A DNA stretch of 64,000 bases, taken from positions 2,368,001-2,432,000 of the forward strand of contig OZ253553.1 in assembly GCA_965262715.1 (NCBI GenBank), in the 5' to 3' direction. The notes below the pieces were generated by a model. The model saw nothing but the letters and a program-made list of their open reading frames with translations, had not been told where the DNA came from and made no database searches. Of the stretch, positions 52,711-62,902 are shown piece after piece. The translations under genes and the position numbers were made by a program. Source of the stretch: Bdellovibrionales bacterium (GTDB lineage Bacteria; Bdellovibrionota; Bdellovibrionia; Bdellovibrionales; JAUICD01). Within the stretch, counting starts at the first letter, position 1. Each line of letters starts with the position of its first letter.

Positions 52711-52778
52711 GGTTTAACTTAGGTAAATCAGTAAACAACAACAAACCTCTTAAAATTATAAAAGTTGCGTAAGATGAG
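52711..52778 (-). repeat. Dispersed repeat family B copy (left part)
   Basis: Reverse complement ctcatcttacgcaacttttataattttaagaggtttgttgttgtttactgatttacctaagttaaacc is highly similar to the 3378 copy. Confidence 0.8.
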
Positions 52779-54137
52779 TTAATCATTCTCATATTTAAAT
52801 GTGTTCATATCAATTTGGTATTTTTTTAACTTTGTATGAAAGGTACTTCTTGAAATGCCTAAAAAGTCAGAGGCTAAGAGTTGATTGCCATTGTATCTCA
52901 ATAGAGCTTCCCTTATAGCCACCTTTTCTAGTTCATCGAGGACAGATCTCTTCTTTTTACTAAGAGAAAAAGCTGAACAATAATTAGTTAATAACTTGGC
53001 TATCATGCTGTTTGTCTCCAACGTATTTGAAGGTTGAGAATGCATTGTATGTACTAAGCGAGGTAGATCTTCCATCATCACTCTCTCTTGACAGACGGCA
53101 GAGGCTCGAGCAATAAAGTTTCTCAATTCTCTGATATTACCAGGCCAATTGTATTCTTTTATTTTTTCAATAACAGGTCTAGAAAACCTCACCTCCATTT
53201 CTCTTGATAGATTGAATAAAAGAGCTTCAAAATCTTCCATTCTCTCCCTTAGAGCAGGAATTTTTATTTGTATTACATTTAGTCTAAATAAAAGATCAGA
53301 TCGGAATTCCTTTTTCTTAATAAGTGTATTAAGATTTTGATGAGTTGCTGCGATAATTCTTACATCTGTTTTTATGCTACGATCACTTCCAATTGGACGG
53401 ATTTCTTGATTTTCTAAAGCTCGCAAAAGTCTTGGTTGTAGGTGAACTGCAAGATCACCTATTTCATCTAAAAGAAGAGTCCCACAACGAGCGGCTTCAA
53501 AAGCTCCCTTTCGATCACATATTGCCCCAGTAAAGCTACCTTTGACATGACCAAATAATTCACTTTCAATTAAAGATTCTCCTAAAGAGCTGCAATTAAT
53601 AGTAATAAAAGGTTTTTCTCGACGAGAAGATTTATTGTGAATATATCTTGCAATAACCTCTTTTCCTACACCTGATTCCCCTAAGATTAAAATAGGAAAA
53701 TTTTTCTTAGCATACTGATGCAATGATTCTAATTCTTTATTCCATGTGTTATTTCTGGAGCGAAGATAGTTATGCTCATTTTGACTTGTAATAAGTGTGT
53801 GATTAGAAAAAGAAACAAGTAATTTTTGATTTCCTATTTTTAAACAATCATCTTCATTTAAATAAGCCTCAGTAACATGTACGCCATTTAAATAAGTTCC
53901 ATATGTGCTGTTGAGATCTTTAATTATAAAGTTTCTTTCTTTTTTCTGAATTTGCACATGGTATTTTGAAATACCAGAACAGGTTAATTGCACAGTATTT
54001 GAAGGACTATAGCCAATAGAGGCCTCATCTGTGATTTTAATAGGTTTTGCAGTCAAGTTATTCATTGGATATAGATAAAGAATGAGTGGATAAGGCTTTT
54101 CAATGATTGTATTATTATCATGTTTCTGTATTTGCAT
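52779..54137 (-). CDS. FHA-domain sigma54-dependent transcriptional activator
   Basis: FHA (S..H, DLNSTYGT.LNG), GESGVGKE, GSFTGA, LDEIG, WPGNIREL, Fis-type HTH. GGAG RBS before ATG 54137. Confidence 0.92.
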   Translation of the reverse strand: MQIQKHDNNTIIEKPYPLILYLYPMNNLTAKPIKITDEASIGYSPSNTVQLTCSGISKYHVQIQKKERNFIIKDLNSTYGTYLNGVHVTEAYLNEDDCLKIGNQKLLVSFSNHTLITSQNEHNYLRSRNNTWNKELESLHQYAKKNFPILILGESGVGKEVIARYIHNKSSRREKPFITINCSSLGESLIESELFGHVKGSFTGAICDRKGAFEAARCGTLLLDEIGDLAVHLQPRLLRALENQEIRPIGSDRSIKTDVRIIAATHQNLNTLIKKKEFRSDLLFRLNVIQIKIPALRERMEDFEALLFNLSREMEVRFSRPVIEKIKEYNWPGNIRELRNFIARASAVCQERVMMEDLPRLVHTMHSQPSNTLETNSMIAKLLTNYCSAFSLSKKKRSVLDELEKVAIREALLRYNGNQLLASDFLGISRSTFHTKLKKYQIDMNTFKYEND

Positions 54138-54483
54138 AGAAGTTCTCCAAAAAGTTAAGTTTACGATTTTTAGTGCAAGGGTTGAAAGAAATAGTACAAT
54201 GAGTGCTATAAATGCAATAAAATAAAAATAAGAAAGCATATAAGAATTTCTAATGTATATACTTACTAGTGACTATTTGTATAGTATTTACAATAACTTA
54301 ATGACTATAAGTTTCCCACTGTGTTCTAAGTTTGATTTTAAATAAGATGAAAAAGCAGTGTAAGTGATATTGCGCTTAACAATAGAGCAATAAGCCATTT
54401 AAGTATTTTAAAGAAAATATTTGAACTCATCTTGAAAAATTACCTCCTCTGAAATTATATCTGATGAAAATATTTTGAGAACA

Positions 54484-55215
54484 TCATAGTGATAACTCAT
54501 CTCGTTTGCTCGTGACCATTCCTACAATAAGAATAGAAATTTCATAGAGTAGAATCAAGGGACCCATCATAAGGCACATACTGATCACATCAGGTGGTGT
54601 GATCAAGGCTGATAGTATAGCAAGTAAAATAATAGCATAACTTCTATTATCTACTAAAGTCTTTTTTTCCAATACACCTATAAGAGAAAGAAAAGTAAAA
54701 ATTAAAGGCAATTCAAAAGCTAAACCAAATATAATTGTAGTTGTTACAAAAAAAGAAAGATATTTGTCTATCGCAATAAGTGGTAGATCTTTTGAATTTC
54801 CAAAGTTCATTAAAAACTGAAAAGCCAATGGATAGACAACAAAGTAAACAAAGATGACTCCTATAAAAAACAAAAGGCTTCCCATGACAACAAATGTTAA
54901 TGTGTATTTCTTTTCTTTAGCATAGAGCCCAGGTGCTATGAATTCCCAGATGTGATAAAGCCAGTAGGGACAGGTAAAGATAACCCCTCCTAAAAAAGAT
55001 ATTTTTATATAGGCTAGAAATTTATCCATAATACCTGTATAAATTAGCCCTTTAGAATCTGTTGTTAGAAAAGGCTCTATAGGCCTACGTATCAACTCAA
55101 ATAAAAAATCACTATAAGCCCAACAGATGAGACAGCCTATTAATATTCCCAAGAAGCAGTAAATGAGTCTTTTTCTTAATTCAGTAAGATGACTAACCAG
55201 TGTATTTTGATTCAT
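54484..55215 (-). CDS. tatC: Twin-arginine translocase TatC
   Basis: HLTELRKRL, FIAPGLY..E, FELP, ITPPD. Confidence 0.96.
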   Translation of the reverse strand: MNQNTLVSHLTELRKRLIYCFLGILIGCLICWAYSDFLFELIRRPIEPFLTTDSKGLIYTGIMDKFLAYIKISFLGGVIFTCPYWLYHIWEFIAPGLYAKEKKYTLTFVVMGSLLFFIGVIFVYFVVYPLAFQFLMNFGNSKDLPLIAIDKYLSFFVTTTIIFGLAFELPLIFTFLSLIGVLEKKTLVDNRSYAIILLAILSALITPPDVISMCLMMGPLILLYEISILIVGMVTSKRDELSL

Positions 55216-55253
55216 TGTGATCTACTTTTTAAAAGTTAATCCGTTACATTTTG

Positions 55254-55541
55254 TTATGTATGAGGTGTTGTTTTATCATTTTCTACTGGTGCAAGATCAG
55301 ACTTATCAGACTTAGCTGGAATCGTTGAGGGTTTAGAAATCTGCTTTATAGGATGCTCATAAACTGTGTCTGTAGGTTGTTTTGTAAAACTTTCTGTTGT
55401 TATAGAGTCAATTATACGTTTTAACTCATTAATGAACCCTCCTATAACTTGGGTCATTTTAGGTAGTTTTTCTGGTCCAATTAAAAAAAGAGCTATTATG
55501 GCAAGCAAAAGCCATTCTGTAAGACCAATATGAAACATCAT
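55254..55541 (-). CDS. tatB: Twin-arginine translocase TatB
   Basis: MF.IG..E.L...AL.LIGPEKLP; directly upstream of tatC. Confidence 0.88.
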   Translation of the reverse strand: MMFHIGLTEWLLLAIIALFLIGPEKLPKMTQVIGGFINELKRIIDSITTESFTKQPTDTVYEHPIKQISKPSTIPAKSDKSDLAPVENDKTTPHT

Positions 55542-55584
55542 TAATCACCTCTATCTCTAGTGATGACATATAACTTAAATAGTC

Positions 55585-55947
55585 TTAAGTAAAATCATTT
55601 TTTTCCATAATAAGATTTTTTTCCATTTTCCTTTTTTTTAAGGAAGGAGTGGATTCCCCTTGATATGCGAATAGAACCTTATCTTCACAAGCCTGAACAC
55701 AAGCATTGCAATAGATGCATTTAGAAAAATCAATGTGAAATTTATATATTTCTTCCTTAGAAGATGGATTTGCTTGATGTAGTGTTTCCTGGTGTATTAA
55801 TTTAGGATATGTGATGAGATTGATAGCTTTTACTGGACAAGCTTTTTCACACTTTAGACATGATGTGCATTCGTTCTTTTTTAAACCGTATAAGAAAGAA
55901 CGTTTTCTAGGTAATTTTCTTAAAAAGAGTTTATGTTTAAATTTCAT
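55585..55947 (-). CDS. 2x[4Fe-4S] protein, NuoI-like
   Basis: CTSCLKCEKACP and F.IDFSKCIYCNACVQAC. Confidence 0.82.
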   Translation of the reverse strand: MKFKHKLFLRKLPRKRSFLYGLKKNECTSCLKCEKACPVKAINLITYPKLIHQETLHQANPSSKEEIYKFHIDFSKCIYCNACVQACEDKVLFAYQGESTPSLKKRKMEKNLIMEKNDFT

Positions 55948-55973
55948 TCATTTTATCCTTTATGCTATACAAA

Positions 55974-57239
55974 CTATATAAGATGGCTCTCACATTCTTG
56001 ATAACCTAGTGAAGACAAAGCTAATTCTTTATCTTGATTATCTATATCTGATAAAAGAGATGGAAGACAAAAGTGTCCCCTCATACTTGAAGTGGTGATA
56101 GCTATTTGCTCATCCATAACAGCTGCATAAATAGGACCACTAGCTCCTTCAACAACAAAAATCGTTTCTTTAGGATCAATCATTTGATTCTTAGATATAC
56201 GAGCTATAAGAGGTGATGTTTTCAGCTCTGATAAATCAGAAAGAAGAGAGAGAGAATGTTGCAAAGAGCAAAAAGTTTCATCAGAAACAGAGATCAATCT
56301 ATCTAAAGAACTTCCTATAGGTAATTTGCGAGATGGTATAAAAGCAGGAGCGTACTGCTCTAATCCATAAGGTGCAAATAGGCGAGCATCCCACCAGCTT
56401 TGTGAAGCCTTACCAATTACACCTCCCCATGAAGATAATTCTAAGTCATCTCTATCAATATAAAAAAAGTTTTTTAGTGAGCGATTTGTCTTTCGAACAA
56501 ATCGCTTAATATCTAAACCTAATTTTTGTGAAATTTCTAAGAGATATTTTTGTGTGCTCTTTTGATTTCCTACATTGATATCTTTGTTAACTCCTCCAAT
56601 TACAATTATATTTGGGAAAATACGGGAACCTGATATAAATTCTTGTATTTGAAAAAAACACTCCCGATAATTTAACCACAGGTCTTGCCAAGATTTCAGA
56701 TGGAGTTTTTGAGATATACTTCTGAGATATTCCAACTCCCAGAGAATTCTTTGAATTTCACAAATAAAAGTACGTATTATAATAGCCTTCTTAGGAACCT
56801 GTATTTTCCAAGCTTTTTCATACGCTCCTGCTAAAGCCCACTGAAGACAACCACCTTCTAATGGATTTATTTTGCTGACATAATGTAATTTTAGATCTGG
56901 AGATAAAGATTGAATTTTTTGAAAAAAAGGCACTTGATAAAGCGCATTTGTTTCTGGTTCTTTTTCTATTAAAGACAGCCTCAGTTTTTGAGAGAACACT
57001 TCTGGATCTGAGCTTTGAACTAAGATGTGAAACTCTAAAAAAGGACGAAGAAACTTAAAGCATATAAAGGCACCTTTAGATGTAGAAAGAATGATAAGAG
57101 GTTGACATATCTTCATCTTTTTTAATTCAGGCAGGTATTCCCAAAAATACTCCTCTTCCACCAATAAGGTAGATTCATACAGCAATTTTGACCGTGTAAA
57201 AAGCTTTTGAAATACTATTGAATGAAAATCAGTGAACAT
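55974..57239 (-). CDS. Highly diverged NuoD (possibly NuoCD)-like subunit
   Basis: IR....EIQRI, RE.......E...GSR......IGGV.KD, G...+ASQ..WDAR...PY, VEG..G remnants. Confidence 0.65.
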   Translation of the reverse strand: MFTDFHSIVFQKLFTRSKLLYESTLLVEEEYFWEYLPELKKMKICQPLIILSTSKGAFICFKFLRPFLEFHILVQSSDPEVFSQKLRLSLIEKEPETNALYQVPFFQKIQSLSPDLKLHYVSKINPLEGGCLQWALAGAYEKAWKIQVPKKAIIIRTFICEIQRILWELEYLRSISQKLHLKSWQDLWLNYRECFFQIQEFISGSRIFPNIIVIGGVNKDINVGNQKSTQKYLLEISQKLGLDIKRFVRKTNRSLKNFFYIDRDDLELSSWGGVIGKASQSWWDARLFAPYGLEQYAPAFIPSRKLPIGSSLDRLISVSDETFCSLQHSLSLLSDLSELKTSPLIARISKNQMIDPKETIFVVEGASGPIYAAVMDEQIAITTSSMRGHFCLPSLLSDIDNQDKELALSSLGYQECESHLI

Positions 57240-57663
57240 TTAAAAATCTTCCTTTACTTTGACCCTTATCTTCAACAGCTAATTTGATTCCGGAAATAAT
57301 TTGCTCTGGTGAAGGCGGGCAACCTGGTACAAAAGTTGATACAGGTAGAATTTGGTCAATTGAAAATCTTTGTTGTGCACCTGTATGATAAACAGATCCA
57401 GATATTTGACAAGTGCCAATGGCAATAACTTTTTTATCTGCTTTCAATTGTTCATAAACTCGTTTGATATGTGTCTGCAATGCTAAGTTAAGCCAGCCAG
57501 AAACAATTAAAACACTTGCTTTAGAAGGTGGGCTTGAAATTAAGTTCCATGGTTTTATATGATCATACATAGAACTAAAGATATTTTCTAGTTCTAAACG
57601 GCAACAGCCATAAGCTTCAATACAAACATAAATTGTTTTAAACAAAAAAACACCTACTATCAC
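57229..57663 (-). CDS. NuoB-like Fe-S subunit
   Basis: GCC..E, VIAIGTC..SG, PV..FVPGCPP.PE. Confidence 0.82.
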   Translation of the reverse strand: MIVGVFLFKTIYVCIEAYGCCRLELENIFSSMYDHIKPWNLISSPPSKASVLIVSGWLNLALQTHIKRVYEQLKADKKVIAIGTCQISGSVYHTGAQQRFSIDQILPVSTFVPGCPPSPEQIISGIKLAVEDKGQSKGRFLNVH

Positions 57664-58148
57664 TTATTAAGTGTATAGATTATTTTATACTTTAGTATAT
57701 ATTTAAAGGATACATATCCTCAACTAGATAAGCAATTTTCAAAATATAACATGGTTATGTATTCCTCTACAAAAGTCTGTAAGCAATAGCTTCATATAAC
57801 CTATGAAATATGACATCCCTAAGTTTATTTTTGTTTTTTGATTTGACTTTATGTAATTCCCACGCAAAATGTTTGCGCCGCTTCTAACATAAATAGCTTT
57901 TTGGTCTTTTAATTTATCTTTTCAATTCAAGCTTTTGCGCTCAACTTCACAAACTAATGCTATCACTTTAACTGCTATCAGAGAGGAGACACTATTTCCC
58001 TCTCGATGCCTCTTTCAGCTTCTTGAAAAGCTAATACTTTTCAAGAAGTTCAGGCATCTCGTGGAGATCGGCATCGAATCTCATGGCCAATAAGCATCAA
58101 CTTTATCTATTTATAGGGTAAAATGAACTGTTTACAATCTATCTTAAT

Positions 58149-58781
58149 CTATAAGAGAGCTGCATCGTAGTTTTTCCAATGGACTATTTTTTGAGTTAGG
58201 CTATTTCCTTTGTAAGAAGGCTCATTTCCAGTCAATGACTCTAATGCCATAACAGAAGCCTTTCTCACACGTTGATCTGCATCATCTAATAACTTAAGAA
58301 ACTTAGGCGCATCTACAGGAGAACTTAATGTTGCTAAAGTTGTGACAATATGGTGACGAATCCACAGGCTTTCTCCTCTTTTAAAATTAATTTTATTATT
58401 TAGTTCTCTCCACAAGAGATCTCTATCTGCAATCTGACCTCGTTTTTGAAAAACAAGTACCACAGTGGTTCTAACCACAAGAGCAGGATCATGAATCATA
58501 CGTCTTGCCCAAGTTAAAGCTGTCTCAGGTGCAATCTGATTCATTGCTATGATTCCAGCATTTCTCATAAACCAATCTTTACTTCTCACAGCTTTTTCTA
58601 AATGAATAAGAGACTTTTCTTCTTGTGTAACAGCAAGTGCCATTAGAGCGCGCCATCTTGTTTTAACCGTTAGATCTTTGTTAAAGGCTATAGACGCTAA
58701 ATCTCCATTATTTGGAATGCTTGCAAAGCTTTTTAAAGTTGCAAAAAAAAGTAAAGAAATGATTAAAAAGTATAACTTCAT
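58149..58781 (-). CDS. Secreted HEAT-repeat protein
   Basis: Signal peptide; helical repeats W.MRNA, DP...VR, LL.D....VR.A...AL. Confidence 0.75.
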   Translation of the reverse strand: MKLYFLIISLLFFATLKSFASIPNNGDLASIAFNKDLTVKTRWRALMALAVTQEEKSLIHLEKAVRSKDWFMRNAGIIAMNQIAPETALTWARRMIHDPALVVRTTVVLVFQKRGQIADRDLLWRELNNKINFKRGESLWIRHHIVTTLATLSSPVDAPKFLKLLDDADQRVRKASVMALESLTGNEPSYKGNSLTQKIVHWKNYDAALL

Positions 58782-58953
58782 ATTGATACCCTTTTTAAAA
58801 CCTATTGAGCTATTGAGATTTTATTAAGAGAATTGTATTTTTAGTTTGGTCAAAAAGAAAATAAAGGTCAATTACAGTCATTGTTTGTAAGGTGTTTAGT
58901 AAGGGTAATTTGGCCTTTTGTCATAGAAAGATTTTGAGATGTCTTCTAAAGTT

Positions 58954-59733
58954 TTACAAAGATAAAATTTTATCTGCTATTTCAAGGAAAGCTTGCCCTT
59001 CAGGGCTTTCAGGTTTTGTATAAAACAAAGGAAGCCCTGCTTCACTCCCCATAGCAACTGAGGTATGAAAAGGTATTTTTGCAAGAAGAGGAATTTTGTT
59101 TTCAGTCAGATAAGATTTAAGGTTGCCTTTTGGAAAAAGATCTATTTGACCTTGTTCTGATCGTAGATAAGACATATTTTCTACAGCTCCAACGATAGGA
59201 ACATTCACTGTTTTAAACATATCGATAGACTTAATCACATCCGATAAAGCTATATTTTGGGGTGTTGTTACAACAATAGCTCCTGTGATAGGAATTTTTT
59301 GCGCAAGAGTGAGCTGTACATCCCCTGTTCCAGGAGGCAAATCAATAAGAAGAACATCCAATTGGTCCCATTTCACATCCTTCAAAAATTGATTTATCGC
59401 CTTAAATAATATCGGCCCACGCCAAATGACAGCAGATCCCTCTGGCACCATAAAGCCTATACTCATCAATTTAATACCATATTTTTCTAAAGGAAGGATT
59501 TTATTATCTGGTGTAATAGAAAGTTTTTGGTTGAGAAGACCAAACATACGAGGGATACTAGGACCATAAATATCACAATCTAACAGCCCTACACTTTGAC
59601 CTTGCTTAGACAGCGCAAGAGCTAAATTGCTGGACACTGTGCTTTTCCCTACACCCCCCTTACCAGAGGCTACAACAAAAATATTGTCTATATTTGGAAT
59701 AGGAGCTTGTTGCTGAAAGGGGTTTTGACTCAT
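58954..59733 (-). CDS. mrp: Mrp/ApbC/NBP35 family ATPase
   Basis: SGKGGVGKST, D.DIYGPS, WRGP, DLPPGTGD, VTTPQ, ENMS. Confidence 0.93.
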   Translation of the reverse strand: MSQNPFQQQAPIPNIDNIFVVASGKGGVGKSTVSSNLALALSKQGQSVGLLDCDIYGPSIPRMFGLLNQKLSITPDNKILPLEKYGIKLMSIGFMVPEGSAVIWRGPILFKAINQFLKDVKWDQLDVLLIDLPPGTGDVQLTLAQKIPITGAIVVTTPQNIALSDVIKSIDMFKTVNVPIVGAVENMSYLRSEQGQIDLFPKGNLKSYLTENKIPLLAKIPFHTSVAMGSEAGLPLFYTKPESPEGQAFLEIADKILSL

Positions 59734-59893
59734 AGTATGAACTTTCTACAATTAATTCTTCCCTCTGTCCATTATTCTTTTAAAAACTTTTCCCTTATTT
59801 AATAAATGTACATTTTTGAGATAAATCAAAAAGAAGATATACTCTTATATCTTGAAATGATTATGACGATAAGGAGAAGAGAGGAATACAGTT

Positions 59894-60256
59894 ATGAGTC
59901 ACTTTTTTACTGGAATGAGTTCTTTTGTTTTTATCAATATTGTAGTGGTTATTGTATTTCTTTTGTATTTCTTCGGTGGCAGATCATCTCCTAAGCCTTC
60001 TAAATTAAACCTCTCAGCTAAAAAGAAATTAGACTCATCTTCTCACAAAAACCCTGAGAATATGCGGTCTTTAACTATTCATTTTCAATATAATGGAGAA
60101 ACCAAGGAAGCATATAGCACTCTAGGTTTACCAGCAGGAGCCTCTCTAGAGATGGCTGAAGCTGCTTATCAAAAAATTATTGCAGAAAACACTCAAGTAG
60201 ACAACCTATGCCTTGATGCCATTGAAGCTATTAGAAAAGTCTCTCAAGCTGCTTAA
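59894..60256 (+). CDS. Membrane-anchored protein with partial J-domain-like helices
   Basis: GAGGA RBS, TM segment, AY.TLGL..GAS......AY.K; no HPD. Confidence 0.6.
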   Translation: MSHFFTGMSSFVFINIVVVIVFLLYFFGGRSSPKPSKLNLSAKKKLDSSSHKNPENMRSLTIHFQYNGETKEAYSTLGLPAGASLEMAEAAYQKIIAENTQVDNLCLDAIEAIRKVSQAA

Positions 60257-60270
60257 TTAGTCCTATAGAC

Positions 60271-61785
60271 TCACTTTAAAAAAGAGATAGCTTTTAGAGC
60301 ACGTTTTTTAAGAGATGAAACTTTTAATAGAGGAACAAACAATTTAAGTTCTACGCCATGAGGTTTGCCTAAAATAGCAACCCTTAAAGGCATAAATAGA
60401 TGTTTACCTTTCACAGAGCATTCTTTTTGAATTTCTTTTTGTAGAGAAATAAATTGCTCCTGACTTATAAATTCTTCTTTAAAATGTTCTAATTTACTTT
60501 GCCATGCAAAAGTCACAACTTTAGCCTCTGGCCATTTTAAAGTTTCAATTCCTTCATCTTTAATTTCAAAATGTGAATCAATAAGCAGTTTATATAAAGT
60601 AGGAGCATCTGCTAATGTTTTCATATAAGTTTTTAACACTTCTAATGAACGATCTTTCCATTGTGTATCTTCTTGTATATGAATATTTTCATCCTCTAAA
60701 AAAGGAGTGATTCTTTGCCAAAGTTCTTTGTGAGGTAAAGACCTTAAGTGATGAGTATTGATAGAAATCAGTTTTTCCTCATCAAAGATGGCAGGAGCGA
60801 CATTTAATCCATCTAAAGTAAATTTCTCGATAAGTTCTTTTACAGTGAAAAGCTCTTGATTATCTTTAGAACTCCAACCTAATAAGGACAGATAATTGAT
60901 CATTGCTTCTGGTAAAAATCCTTTTTCTTTATATTGCTGGCAGGAAGTAGCTCCAAAGCGTTTACTAAGCTTTTTACCATCTGGTCCTAAAATTAAAGAC
61001 AGATGAACAAATTGAGGTATTTTCCAATTAAAAGCTTCATAAAGCATCATTTGTTTTAATGTGTTATTTAAATGTTCATTTGATCTAAATACATGTGTTA
61101 TTTCCATAAGATGGTCGTCAATCACACAGCAAAAATTATAAACTGGCATATTATCAGATCTTAAAATCACAAAATCTCCTATTATGTTAGAAGAAAATTG
61201 AACATCACTCCTAAGTAAATCTGGCACAGAATATGTTTTAGACTCTGGCACTTTAAAGCGGATAGCAGCAGATTCACCTAAAGCTATTTTAGCTTTTGCA
61301 TCTTCTAGAGAAAATTTATAGCATGTACCATCATAATGAGGGGGCATTTTCTTGGCCATAGCAAGTTGCTTTTTTTCAGCAAGTGCCTCTTCACTACAAA
61401 AACAATAGAAGGCCTGTCCTTTTTCTAATAATTGATCTGCATATTTTTGATAAGTGTCTATGTTTTGGCTTTGACGATAAAGATGATGAACTTTTTGTTC
61501 TTTTTGACCTTCTTTATTGTCTATCTTGTTATCAAAGTTTTCCCAATTCAACCCCAACCATTTAAGACTTTCCAGTTGGCTTTGCAAAAAGTCTTCTGTG
61601 GATCGCTCTTGATCTGTATCTTCTATTCTTAATAAAAAATGCCCTGATGTATGATGTGCATAAAGCCAATTAAAAAGAGCTGTCCTTGCTCCTCCCACAT
61701 GCAAGTAGCCTGTTGGACTTGGGGCAAACCGCAGCCTAACTTTGGATTGAGAGTCCCGGCTATTCATAGAAGTACCTTTTTGCAA
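60271..61785 (-). CDS. gltX: Glutamate--tRNA ligase
   Basis: RFAPSPTGYLHVGG, LRIEDTD, KLSKR. Start may be 61767. Confidence 0.97.
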   Translation of the reverse strand: MQKGTSMNSRDSQSKVRLRFAPSPTGYLHVGGARTALFNWLYAHHTSGHFLLRIEDTDQERSTEDFLQSQLESLKWLGLNWENFDNKIDNKEGQKEQKVHHLYRQSQNIDTYQKYADQLLEKGQAFYCFCSEEALAEKKQLAMAKKMPPHYDGTCYKFSLEDAKAKIALGESAAIRFKVPESKTYSVPDLLRSDVQFSSNIIGDFVILRSDNMPVYNFCCVIDDHLMEITHVFRSNEHLNNTLKQMMLYEAFNWKIPQFVHLSLILGPDGKKLSKRFGATSCQQYKEKGFLPEAMINYLSLLGWSSKDNQELFTVKELIEKFTLDGLNVAPAIFDEEKLISINTHHLRSLPHKELWQRITPFLEDENIHIQEDTQWKDRSLEVLKTYMKTLADAPTLYKLLIDSHFEIKDEGIETLKWPEAKVVTFAWQSKLEHFKEEFISQEQFISLQKEIQKECSVKGKHLFMPLRVAILGKPHGVELKLFVPLLKVSSLKKRALKAISFLK

Positions 61786-61858
61786 TTGCTGTTTTTAGAT
61801 TCCATTATTTTTTATGTATGCTCTTATTATATGCTCTGTAAAAAAATCACACAAGGTA

Positions 61859-62796
61859 TCAATCATTATTTTGTTTGAAAGATTTACTAAATGCTTTTGA
61901 TAACTCTTCCATTTCTTCTAAGCCTCTATCAGGTATACCCATAGACTTATTAGCCCAATCGTACTTTTCAATAATAGGTTTTATTAGATTGATTACTTTA
62001 TCTTTCCAATTATCATTTTTTTCAATCTTTTTTAGTAAATAATATAAGATTAGTAATATGTAAAATATGTGATCATTTGGTATATCTGGTTTTTTATATT
62101 CTGAAGGTTTAATTGTTAATTTTTTATTCCAAAGTCGACTGTGATGAGCACAAATATTTCGTATGTATGTCAATACACGTAACCATTTTTCCAATGTTAG
62201 GTAATTTAGTTTAAAATGTTTAGAGATTTCCTTTTTATCTTCTTTTTTTAGATATTTATAGAAATGCGATAGCTGACCAAAACTTATGATTTCTGTGAGC
62301 ATCCAGATTGGTATGGTAGGAAAATCTTTATATTGGTTTTTATAATTTCTAATGGATTCATGTGATTGTGATGAACGCTCAGTATCTTTATGAATTTTTA
62401 CTAACCACTCATGATGTTCATCTTTTTTCTCTTTTTGAAAAAACTCATACTCTTCATGTGCAAATATACCATATTTGTGCGCTATGTGGTAAGTTAGCTG
62501 AGTACGAATTGCAACCTCCACCCATTCATAGCATCCATGACTAATAAGCGAAGTTCTCTATCAAATTCATATAATTCACATACGTTATTAAATGTTGTTT
62601 CAGGTTTTAGTTGTTCATTATTTCCTTTAGACTTAAATGGAATTAAATAAGCTTTGAATCTTTCATAACTAATAGAAGATAAAGTTCTGAAAGCATCTTG
62701 TTTATTGTGAATTATTAAGCCCTTTTTTTCAAGCAGATTAAGTTGCTGATCAAAAGTTAAAGTTAAGGGAGGTTTTTGATAACTAGAAATAGACAA
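61859..62796 (-). pseudogene. Abi_2 (AbiD/AbiF-like) HEPN protein, frameshifted
   Basis: KP.LT..QQL..L, SISY.R...Y, LYEFDRELR, EVAIRT, PIW...E..SFG.LS, RNICAHH.RLWN. A 1-nt deletion near 62528 splits the gene. Confidence 0.88.
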
Positions 62797-62834
62797 GTTA
62801 TAACCCTTCCTTATACATTAATTAAATAATAAAT

Positions 62835-62895
62835 ATAAAAAAATCCGCCAGTTACGCTATTGTCAAAAGACAAGGAAGCGCGGCGGATGTTGTTA
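62835..62895 (-). ncRNA. Structured leader RNA upstream of Abi gene (abiF-motif-like candidate)
   Basis: Nested stem atccgcc-gcgct...ttgtc tttt gacaa-tagcg...ggcggat followed by a T-run. Position matches described abiF-associated RNAs; no covariance model was run. Confidence 0.7.
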
Positions 62896-62902
62896 ATTTC
62901 AC

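Noticed and set aside
55585..57663. NiFe hydrogenase or intact complex I
   Set aside because: Large subunit lacks Ni-binding CxxC pairs; no membrane subunits or maturases nearby.
937..62544. Numerous 60-106 aa ORFs antisense to or overlapping assigned genes
   Set aside because: No recognisable motifs or RBS; consistent with shadow ORFs.
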